Assembly: GCA_029246845.1 (NCBI GenBank)
Contig: JAQWMJ010000051.1
Span: 1-37,367 of the forward strand
DNA from: Thermodesulfobacteriota bacterium
GTDB lineage: Bacteria; Desulfobacterota_D; UBA1144
Length of the DNA stretch: 37,367 nucleotides
Direction: 5' to 3'
The position numbers and the translations under genes were made by a program. Positions 29,804-37,367 of the stretch are shown here, in pieces. Under the pieces are notes generated by a model. It was given only the letters and a program-made list of their open reading frames with translations. It ran no database searches and was not told the DNA's origin. Within the stretch, counting starts at the first letter, position 1; each line of letters begins with the position of its first letter.

Positions 29804-30658
29804 ATGCTACATATTTTAAGTGTTAACGACCTAACTGATGATTTCTTATATTCCTTATGGTCAGATGCAAGTAAAAGAAAAGGTAAAAGTAATAATTCTT
29901 TAAAAGGAAAGGTTCTAACTAATTTGTTCTACGAACCGTCAACTCGAACTTCTTCATCTTTTTATAGTGCAATGAGTACCTGTGGTGGTAGTGTAATTCC
30001 AATTAATAATGTTCAGTTCTCAAGCGTTGCAAAAGGAGAGTCTTTTGAGGACACTGTAATGACTATGTCAGCTATGAGTGATGCCATAGTTGTAAGACAT
30101 CCAGATAATGGTGCCGCAGAGACTGCTGCAAAAGTAAGCTCTGTTCCAATAATTAACGCTGGTGATGGTAATTCTGAGCATCCAACACAGACTATTATAG
30201 ACGGGTTTACAATTTATAATTTTTTTAACAAAAAACTCACAAACCTTAGAGTTACATTGGTTGGAGACTTGAAGAATGGAAGGACAGTCAAAAGCCTTGT
30301 TAAGTTATTGAATAGATTTGAGAATAATCACTTTAATTTAGTTAGCCCTAAAGATTTAAGCTTATCTTCAGATTTACCTGAAAGTTACTATGAGACTAGT
30401 GATATAAATGAGGTTTTAAAAGAAACAGACATACTTTATGTAACAAGAGTTCAAAAAGAAAGAGGGAGTGTCCACGATTATTCATTAACATTGAAGCAGC
30501 TTGAATCTCTCCCTGAGAATTCAATAGTAATGCATCCGTTTCCAAGAGTTAGCGAAATTCCTGTTGAATTCGATATAGATAAAAGAGCTAAATATTTTGA
30601 TCAGATAAGATACGGTGTCTGGTGTAGACAAATCTTACTAGAAAGAGTTATGAAATAA
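29804..30658 (+). CDS. pyrB: Aspartate carbamoyltransferase catalytic chain
   Basis: FYEPSTRT, KGES, INAGDG..EHPTQ, TRVQKER, MHPFPR. Confidence 0.96.
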   Translation: MLHILSVNDLTDDFLYSLWSDASKRKGKSNNSLKGKVLTNLFYEPSTRTSSSFYSAMSTCGGSVIPINNVQFSSVAKGESFEDTVMTMSAMSDAIVVRHPDNGAAETAAKVSSVPIINAGDGNSEHPTQTIIDGFTIYNFFNKKLTNLRVTLVGDLKNGRTVKSLVKLLNRFENNHFNLVSPKDLSLSSDLPESYYETSDINEVLKETDILYVTRVQKERGSVHDYSLTLKQLESLPENSIVMHPFPRVSEIPVEFDIDKRAKYFDQIRYGVWCRQILLERVMK

Positions 30659-31942
30659 ATGAAGATATTGATAAAAAATGGCTTATTAGTTGACCCCTCT
30701 CAGAAAATTAATAAAGTTATGAATATTGAAGTTCACAATGGAATTATCTCTAATTTGCATAATAGAAAAAATGTTAATGAGAAAATATTTGATGAAGTCG
30801 TAGATGCTAAAGGCCTTGTTGTTGCCCCAGGTTTGGTAGATATTCATGTTCATTTAAGGGATCCAGGATTTAGACACAAGGAAACTATTACTTCGGGCTC
30901 CGAAGCTGCTGTAGCTGGTGGTTTTACATCAATTGCATGTATGCCAAATACATTTCCTGCTAATGACCAACCTAAAATTACAAAATATATTATTGATAAG
31001 TCAAAAAAGATAGGCTTGGTTAACATCTTTCCTATTGGTGCAATTACTAAGGCTCTGAACAATCTTAAATTGGCAAAAATTATTGAGAATATTAAAGCGG
31101 GTTGTGTAGCAATCTCTGACGACGGATTTCCAGTTTCTAATTCTAAGCTACTCTTTGATGCTATGATATTGGCAAAGAAAAATTCTTTTCCTATTATTTC
31201 TCATTGTGAAGACTGTTCGCTTTCTTTAGATGGTGTTGCAAATGAGGGAAGTTTTTCTAAGAAGTATGGATTAAAAGGAATACCTAATATCTCTGAAGAA
31301 TTAGGAATCATAAAAGATATAGCTATAGCAGAATATACCAATGCTCATTTGCATGTATGTCATGTTTCTACACACAACTCAGTTGAAATAATTAAAGAAG
31401 CTAAATCTAGGGGAGTAAACGTTACATGCGAAGCAACACCTCACCATTTTACTATTTCTGATAACGACATAATAGATTGTGATTCAAATTATAAAATGAA
31501 CCCTCCCTTGAGAGACAAAAGGGATGTTAGTGCTATAAAAAGAGGTCTTATAGATGGTACAATCGATATTATAGCAACAGATCATGCACCCCATAGCGCT
31601 AAAGAAAAGAATGCTGGATTCAAAAATGCACCTTTTGGTATAACTGGACTGGAGACTGCATTGCCACTATCTTTAAAATTAGTCCACGACAAAAAAATCT
31701 CTTTAAGTAATTTAATCTCCCTTATGTCAACTATGCCTTCTAAAATAATTAACATCAATCGAGGAAGTCTTAAAAAAGGTCTAGACGCAGATTTGGTTAT
31801 CTTTGACATGAATAGGAAGATAACTATAGATAAGAAAACGATGTATTCTAAAAGTAAGAATACTCCATTTGATGGATTCAAATTAAAAGGAAAAGTGATT
31901 AGAACAATTCTTAAAGGTAAAACTGTATATAGTTCTATTTAA
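30659..31942 (+). CDS. pyrC: Dihydroorotase (long, Bacillus/Aquifex type)
   Basis: DIHVHLRDPG, CMPNT, SDDG, HCED, HVCHVS, KMNPPLR, ATDHAPH. Confidence 0.96.
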   Translation: MKILIKNGLLVDPSQKINKVMNIEVHNGIISNLHNRKNVNEKIFDEVVDAKGLVVAPGLVDIHVHLRDPGFRHKETITSGSEAAVAGGFTSIACMPNTFPANDQPKITKYIIDKSKKIGLVNIFPIGAITKALNNLKLAKIIENIKAGCVAISDDGFPVSNSKLLFDAMILAKKNSFPIISHCEDCSLSLDGVANEGSFSKKYGLKGIPNISEELGIIKDIAIAEYTNAHLHVCHVSTHNSVEIIKEAKSRGVNVTCEATPHHFTISDNDIIDCDSNYKMNPPLRDKRDVSAIKRGLIDGTIDIIATDHAPHSAKEKNAGFKNAPFGITGLETALPLSLKLVHDKKISLSNLISLMSTMPSKIININRGSLKKGLDADLVIFDMNRKITIDKKTMYSKSKNTPFDGFKLKGKVIRTILKGKTVYSSI

Positions 31943-31947
31943 ATAAA

Positions 31948-33096
31948 TTGAAATTTTCAAAAAATATTATACTGATAACTCTTTCTGCATTTTTCTTTTT
32001 TTATGCGTATCATGCCTTTTTAGTTTTACCTATTAGAATAATTTCTCTAGGTGGCTCAGAGTTTGATATAGGGCTGGTAATGTCTATGGCTGGTATTAGT
32101 ACCCTATTGGTAACTCCAATCTCTGGCATATTAGGTGATAAATATAAAAAAAAATATCTTTTAATGTCAGGAGCGGCGCTCTTAGGACTAACTAATTTAC
32201 TTTTTGTGTATTTTGATTCTATATATTATTCATATTTAGTTTTAAGGTTTTTTCAAGGATGCGCTTTTTCATTATTCTTTGTTTCAGCTGGTACATTAAT
32301 TGCTGAAAATACTTTAGAGGAAAATCAAACCCAGGCTTTAGGTTTCTTTGGAATTTTTGCTATCATTAACCATGCACTAGCTCCTACTGTATCAATTGAA
32401 ATAATAAATTTGCTGTCATATGAATTTTTTTTTATATCTACAGTTTTGGCAAGTCTAGTTTCTATAATAATTATTTTTGCTATCATAGTTGAACCCTCTA
32501 ACTTAACTCAGACTAGTAGGGGAAAAAATTTTTTAGAACTTTTAAAAAATAAAAAATTAAGATTAGTCTGTATAATAATGTTTTTAGTTGGTGGTTCCTT
32601 TTTAACTTGTTTAAATTTTACTGCTGTTTTTACTAAATCTATTAATGTTGAACCTGTAACTATTTTCTTTTTATCTTATACAATCATTGCTTTGATAATG
32701 AGAATATTCTTTGGATGGTTACCCGACAAATATGGGCAAGTTACTTTTTGTAAACCTGCCTTAATTTTTTATGGAATTTCTATTGGCATTTTAGGCTTAT
32801 CCTTGAATTTTATAGGAGTTATGATTGCAGGCCTTCTTTTTGGAGTCTCTCATGCACTAGTGTATCCATCAATCTATACTTTAGCGTTAAGATTCACAGA
32901 TATAAGTAACAAATCAAAAGCCTTCTCTATATGCAGTGTTTCTTTTACTTCTGGTGGAATGATATTCTCTGTAATATATGGACTAATTGCAGAAACTTAT
33001 AGTTTTAAAGTTATGTTTCTTTCTTGTAGTATAATAGTAACTTTAGGTTTCTATTATTTTATGAAACTATTAGAAAAGGAAATATCTTATGAGTAA
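31948..33096 (+). CDS. MFS transporter
   Basis: GILGDKYKKK motif A, LRFFQG, GWLPDKYG; about 12 TM segments; TTG start. Confidence 0.85.
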   Translation: MKFSKNIILITLSAFFFFYAYHAFLVLPIRIISLGGSEFDIGLVMSMAGISTLLVTPISGILGDKYKKKYLLMSGAALLGLTNLLFVYFDSIYYSYLVLRFFQGCAFSLFFVSAGTLIAENTLEENQTQALGFFGIFAIINHALAPTVSIEIINLLSYEFFFISTVLASLVSIIIIFAIIVEPSNLTQTSRGKNFLELLKNKKLRLVCIIMFLVGGSFLTCLNFTAVFTKSINVEPVTIFFLSYTIIALIMRIFFGWLPDKYGQVTFCKPALIFYGISIGILGLSLNFIGVMIAGLLFGVSHALVYPSIYTLALRFTDISNKSKAFSICSVSFTSGGMIFSVIYGLIAETYSFKVMFLSCSIIVTLGFYYFMKLLEKEISYE

Positions 33097-34558
33097 TGAC
33101 AATGAATATATAGAAAGAAGAAAAGAAAAAATTAAGTCCTTACGAGATATGGGGATAGACCCTTTTTCTAACACCTACGATAGAGAGAATTCAGTCGAGG
33201 ATATTCTTCAAAAATACTCTGGAACAAACCCTAAATCATTTGAGTTAGACAATGAAATTTTTAAAATTGCGGGAAGAGTTACGGCTGTAAGAAGTTTTGG
33301 TAAATCTGCATTTATTAAAATTATTGACAATATGAATAGAATTCAGATTTTCATATCTAACGATTCTGTAGGCAAAGAGAAGATGAATTTCTTTAAGAAA
33401 TATGTTGATGTTGGAGACTTCATTGGAATTCAGGGGCACTGTTTCTTTACTAGGACAGAAGAATTATCTATAGAGGCCAAACATCTAGAACTTTTAACAA
33501 AATCAATAAATACTCTGCCTGAAAAATGGCATGGACTTACAAATGTAGAGACCAGGTATCGCCAGAGATATGTTGATTTGATTGCAAACAGTAATGTTAA
33601 GGAAATATTCTTGTCTCGTTCAAAAATCGTAACTGAGATAAGAAATTTTCTAATTGCCAAGAATTTTTTAGAAGTTGAAACACCAATTCTACACACAGTT
33701 GCAGGTGGCGCTGCTGCTAAACCATTCAGAACACATCATAATACTTTGGATATGGACCTTACTTTAAGGATTGCACCAGAGTTGTATTTAAAAAGACTTG
33801 TAGTTGGCGGGATGGAGAAGGTCTTTGAAATAGGGCGAAATTTTAGAAATGAAGGAATATCTACTCAGCATAATCCCGAGTTTACTATGATTGAGTTATA
33901 TGAGGCTTACTCAGACTATAGCAGAATGATGGATCTATTGGAGGAGCTTATTTTGAGCTGTGTAAGCTTGTTCTCGAAAAATCAAAAAATAATTTATCAA
34001 GATAATGAAATTAATTTTAAAGGCCCATGGAAGAGAGTTAATATGATTGAGTGGTTATCAGAGTCTATGGGATACGATGTCTTAAGTAACCCAGATAAAA
34101 TTCTTGCCGATGCAGATAAAATGAAGATCAATCATTTTAATGTTCCAGGAAAAGCTATAACTGAAATTTTCGAGCATAAATATTTAAAGGGAGTGCCGGA
34201 TCCTGTTTTTGTTTTCGGCTTTCCCACAGATGTTTCACCTTTAGCAAGAAGAAGTAATTATAATCCTATGATTGCTGATAGATTTGAGCTTTTTATTAAT
34301 GAAAAAGAAATTGCTAATGCTTTCTCTGAACTTAATGATCCTGAAGATCAATTAGAAAGATTTAATAAACAACTAGAGCTAAAATCTAGGGGTGATGATG
34401 AAGCAAATGATATGGATGAGGATTATATTAATGCTTTAGGTTATGGAATGCCCCCGACTGCTGGTGCAGGGTTAGGAATTGATAGACTTGTAATGCTTTT
34501 GACTGATAGTGCATCTATTCGTGAAGTAATACTTTTTCCACATATGAGAAATGAGTAA
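33089..34558 (+). CDS. lysS: Lysyl-tRNA synthetase (class II)
   Basis: LPEKWHGL...ETRYRQRYVDL, RIAPELYLKRL, FRNEG..HNPEFT, YGMPPTAG.GLGIDRL. Confidence 0.98.
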   Translation: MSNDNEYIERRKEKIKSLRDMGIDPFSNTYDRENSVEDILQKYSGTNPKSFELDNEIFKIAGRVTAVRSFGKSAFIKIIDNMNRIQIFISNDSVGKEKMNFFKKYVDVGDFIGIQGHCFFTRTEELSIEAKHLELLTKSINTLPEKWHGLTNVETRYRQRYVDLIANSNVKEIFLSRSKIVTEIRNFLIAKNFLEVETPILHTVAGGAAAKPFRTHHNTLDMDLTLRIAPELYLKRLVVGGMEKVFEIGRNFRNEGISTQHNPEFTMIELYEAYSDYSRMMDLLEELILSCVSLFSKNQKIIYQDNEINFKGPWKRVNMIEWLSESMGYDVLSNPDKILADADKMKINHFNVPGKAITEIFEHKYLKGVPDPVFVFGFPTDVSPLARRSNYNPMIADRFELFINEKEIANAFSELNDPEDQLERFNKQLELKSRGDDEANDMDEDYINALGYGMPPTAGAGLGIDRLVMLLTDSASIREVILFPHMRNE

Positions 34559-35711
34559 ATTTATTTCACTTATAACCTTAAATTATATTAAAAATTTTTT
34601 TAAAGAAAGAAATAATTCGGTTCCAGCAAGAATATCTATATTTTCAATAGCGGTCTCTGTTTTCTCATTAATAATAGTACTCTCTGTCATGAAGGGATTC
34701 GAAGTTAAAGTTAAAGATAAAATTTTAAGAAGTTTTCCTCATATAATAGTACAAACAGAAGAAAATATAGATTTTAATCAAATTAAAGGTGTAAAACTTG
34801 TAGAAAAGACTTCTGAAGACTATGCAGCTCTTTTAGTAAGAAACAGCTTTAACCTTGTACAAGTCAAGGGGTTTGAAAGTTTTAAAGGCCCTTCTACAGA
34901 TATAAGAAAAATCAAAAAGAATCATTATCCAATTATTATAAACAAAGATTTTGCAAGAAAATTTAGTTTACAAAAGAATTCAAAAATAAAAATTATGGCC
35001 CCTGACTTTTCGAACAAGAAACCAGATATAAAGAAAGTGAAACTTTATATCTCAGATATTGACGATTCTACATCAGGACAAATTGATAGAATTTACATGA
35101 ATAATGAATATAAAAATCTTTTGGGATTAAGTAGAGGGACTTTTATAGAAATAAATCTTGAAGATCCATACAAGTCAAAAGACATATCTAAACAAATAGT
35201 CCTTAGTTATCCAAGCCTTAAGTTTAAGGTGCTAGATTGGCAAACTATGAATAGTAGTTTTTTCAGCTTAATGAAACTAGAGAGGCTGTCAATTTCAATT
35301 TTTTTAATGTTTTTAATAATACTTTCAGCAACAAATATTTATTCTAATATGGTTAGTTTTATAATCGAGAAGAAAAATGAAATAGGAACTTTAGTCCTTC
35401 TTGGTGCATCCAAGAAGGCTCTTATTATAGTTTTTACTCTTGTTGGATTATTTCTAGGCTTAATAGGAACGCTCATAGGTTGTATTGCATCTGGCATTGT
35501 CATTTACTTGATAATAAATACGGCTATAGTCGACAGTCTTGCTATAGATATCTCATTTTATCAGATTGAGGGATTTCCCATTCTTTTTTCAAGTGAATAC
35601 TTTATATTGATTAGTTTATTTTCACTAATTGCTGTGTTGCTTTCTTCCTTTATTCCCTCGTACTTAATGTTGGGTAAAGATCTAGAATCCTTAATTAGGA
35701 GGAACTATTAA
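34551..35711 (+). CDS. lolC: Lipoprotein-releasing ABC transporter permease (LolC/E, single-gene LolF-like)
   Basis: IIVLSVMKGF, PHI, DW..MN..FF..MKLE, EK..EIGTL..LGA; 4-TM MacB/FtsX layout. Confidence 0.85.
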   Translation: MSKFISLITLNYIKNFFKERNNSVPARISIFSIAVSVFSLIIVLSVMKGFEVKVKDKILRSFPHIIVQTEENIDFNQIKGVKLVEKTSEDYAALLVRNSFNLVQVKGFESFKGPSTDIRKIKKNHYPIIINKDFARKFSLQKNSKIKIMAPDFSNKKPDIKKVKLYISDIDDSTSGQIDRIYMNNEYKNLLGLSRGTFIEINLEDPYKSKDISKQIVLSYPSLKFKVLDWQTMNSSFFSLMKLERLSISIFLMFLIILSATNIYSNMVSFIIEKKNEIGTLVLLGASKKALIIVFTLVGLFLGLIGTLIGCIASGIVIYLIINTAIVDSLAIDISFYQIEGFPILFSSEYFILISLFSLIAVLLSSFIPSYLMLGKDLESLIRRNY

Positions 35712-35716
35712 AAGAT

Positions 35717-36367
35717 ATGATTAAAATTAGAAACCTGGGCAAGTCAATTGATAATAAAGAGATATTGAAGAATCTAAATGTTGATATAAATGCAGGCGAT
35801 TTTGTTTCTGTGGTTGGACCTTCTGGCTCAGGAAAAACCACTCTATTAAATATCATATTATCAATATCAACAAAATCATCTGGGTCATATAAATTTAATG
35901 ATGAGAATATTGAAGATATATTTGGTAGCGTAAATAAAATAAGAAATTTTAGAAATAGTATTGGTGTAATGTCAACTTACTCTCACCTAATACCAAGCCT
36001 CAATATTAAAGACAATATTCTTTTGCCAACTATTATTTCCGATTTAAATTTAAATGATGATTATTATTATGGACTAATAGAGAAGCTTAAAATTGAGAAA
36101 ATAATTAAAAATGATATAGATTCGTTATCCTCAGGAGAAAAGCAAAGAGTTCTTTTAGCGAGAGCTTTAATACTTAATCCTGCGCTATTAGTAGCTGATG
36201 AGCCAACATCAAATTTAGATAAAGAAAATGCATTAAATATGATTGATATATTATGTAATTTGAATGAGCAAAATAAAACAACTATAATAATCGCTACTCA
36301 TGATGATAAAATTTACAACAAGACTAATTTAATTTTGAGAATTGAAAATGGGAACTTATGTGAATAG
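35717..36367 (+). CDS. lolD: ABC ATPase, LolD-like
   Basis: GPSGSGKTT, LSSGEKQR, LVADEPT.NLD, ATHD; located between lolC/E and bamA. Confidence 0.85.
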   Translation: MIKIRNLGKSIDNKEILKNLNVDINAGDFVSVVGPSGSGKTTLLNIILSISTKSSGSYKFNDENIEDIFGSVNKIRNFRNSIGVMSTYSHLIPSLNIKDNILLPTIISDLNLNDDYYYGLIEKLKIEKIIKNDIDSLSSGEKQRVLLARALILNPALLVADEPTSNLDKENALNMIDILCNLNEQNKTTIIIATHDDKIYNKTNLILRIENGNLCE

Positions 36368-36371
36368 AAAT

Positions 36372-37367
36372 ATGAAAAAAGTTTTATATCTTATGATAAT
36401 TTGCTTAGCCTTTTTGATGCCACTTAATTCCTCAAAAAGTGATGCTGTGAATTCATTAGATTCGGATCCTAAGCAAAGCTTTTCAAATGAGGGTGCCACC
36501 TTAGATAAAGTAGAGTTTTACGGAAATAAAATAATCTTAATAGATAAAATCCAAGAAATTTTCTCTATTAAGCCTGGAGATGCCTTTAATGGCGAGAATC
36601 TTAAGGATAATATTAGGGCTTTATATGCGACTAATTATTTCTATAAAATTGATGCTGTCATCAAAAAGATTGATAAAAAAATTGTTCTTATAATAAGACT
36701 CGAAGAGAACCCAATACTAGCAAGTTTCACAATAAAAGGAAATGATAAACTTTCTGTCAAAGAGTTGTCTGAGCCATTGAATCTTTCTATTGGAAAGATT
36801 GTCAGTAGAAAGCAGTTGGATATATCAAGAAAGATTGTAGAACAGTTTTATTTCTTTAAAGGCTTTAATAACGTTATTGTTGAAGATGCAATTTTCCCTA
36901 TAGGCGATAGTAAAATTGAATATATTATTTCTATTAAAGAAGGCAAGAGAGGTTACGTAAAAGGTATAGATCTAATTGGAGTTGACGAGTCTTTTAAAAA
37001 GGAACTTCTAAAGTCAATAGAAACTAAAGTTAAATGGGTCTGGTCGCCAATAACTGGTAGAGGCAGATTGAGTCTTGAGCTTGCTGAGATGGATGAGCAA
37101 AATGTTAAGCAGTTTTTTTTAAACAAGGGTTTTTTAGATATAAAGACAGATAAGCCAAAAGTTACTTACGATAAAATTAAGGACGGATACAGAGTAGTTT
37201 TCAAGGTAAATCAGGGAATTAGATATAGAACAAAATCTATATCCATCAAAGGTGATTTGATTGAAGACGAAATGACTTTAAAGGACTCTTTGCTTCTAAA
37301 GCAAGATGATTTTTTCAGTACTGGTAAATTAACAAAAGATATTGAAAAGTTAAATACAATTTATGGT
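36372..37367 (+). CDS. bamA: Outer membrane protein assembly factor BamA (3'-truncated; not in the ORF track)
   Basis: Signal peptide MKKVLYLMIICLAFL, then POTRA repeats (VEFYGNK...IRALYATNYF...LEENP...IKGNDKL). The frame runs to the window end; an in-frame GTG at 36360 is an alternative start. Confidence 0.9.
   Translation, partial: MKKVLYLMIICLAFLMPLNSSKSDAVNSLDSDPKQSFSNEGATLDKVEFYGNKIILIDKIQEIFSIKPGDAFNGENLKDNIRALYATNYFYKIDAVIKKIDKKIVLIIRLEENPILASFTIKGNDKLSVKELSEPLNLSIGKIVSRKQLDISRKIVEQFYFFKGFNNVIVEDAIFPIGDSKIEYIISIKEGKRGYVKGIDLIGVDESFKKELLKSIETKVKWVWSPITGRGRLSLELAEMDEQNVKQFFLNKGFLDIKTDKPKVTYDKIKDGYRVVFKVNQGIRYRTKSISIKGDLIEDEMTLKDSLLLKQDDFFSTGKLTKDIEKLNTIYG

Overview
Low-GC (roughly 30% by eye), very gene-dense chromosomal segment from a Gram-negative bacterium with a streamlined genome. 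The left ~9.7 kb looks like the edge of an accessory cell-surface glycan region: a 5'-truncated ThDP enzyme, GtrA flippase, MipA/OmpV outer-membrane protein, gmd, a DPM1-like GT2, a HIGH-nucleotidyltransferase/cupin fusion, a 648-aa polytopic membrane protein, a TPR protein, an MFS exporter and an SDR. The rest is core housekeeping: mutT-like Nudix, tlyA, transaldolase, rpsT, holA, lipB, ndk, proA, recN, pdaD, cdsA, M23 peptidase, rlmB-like, uppP, ligA, then a 13.6-kb same-strand run (PhnP-like hydrolase, apgM, tRNA-Leu(GAG), sirB/cbiX, gmk, rel, lepB, pyrB, pyrC, MFS, lysS, lolC/E, lolD, 3'-truncated bamA). The order lysS-lolC/E-lolD-bamA plus apgM and pdaD resembles Desulfobacterota-related lineages; a streamlined marine lineage such as Dadabacteria is plausible but is inference only. 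I found no mobile element, CRISPR array, rRNA or recognisable defence system, and cannot demonstrate a wholly new system. The most notable observations are: (1) a recurrent -10 hexamer 6-8 nt before SD-less start codons, suggesting widespread leaderless mRNAs; (2) a dispersed GtrA/GT2/GT-C-like three-component glycosylation set; (3) a plant-type, Cys-tailed SirB of higher GC right after the tRNA; (4) a CAD/archaeal/enteric-type pyrB paired with a Bacillus/Aquifex-type pyrC; (5) a 13-1-13 inverted repeat over the mipA promoter.
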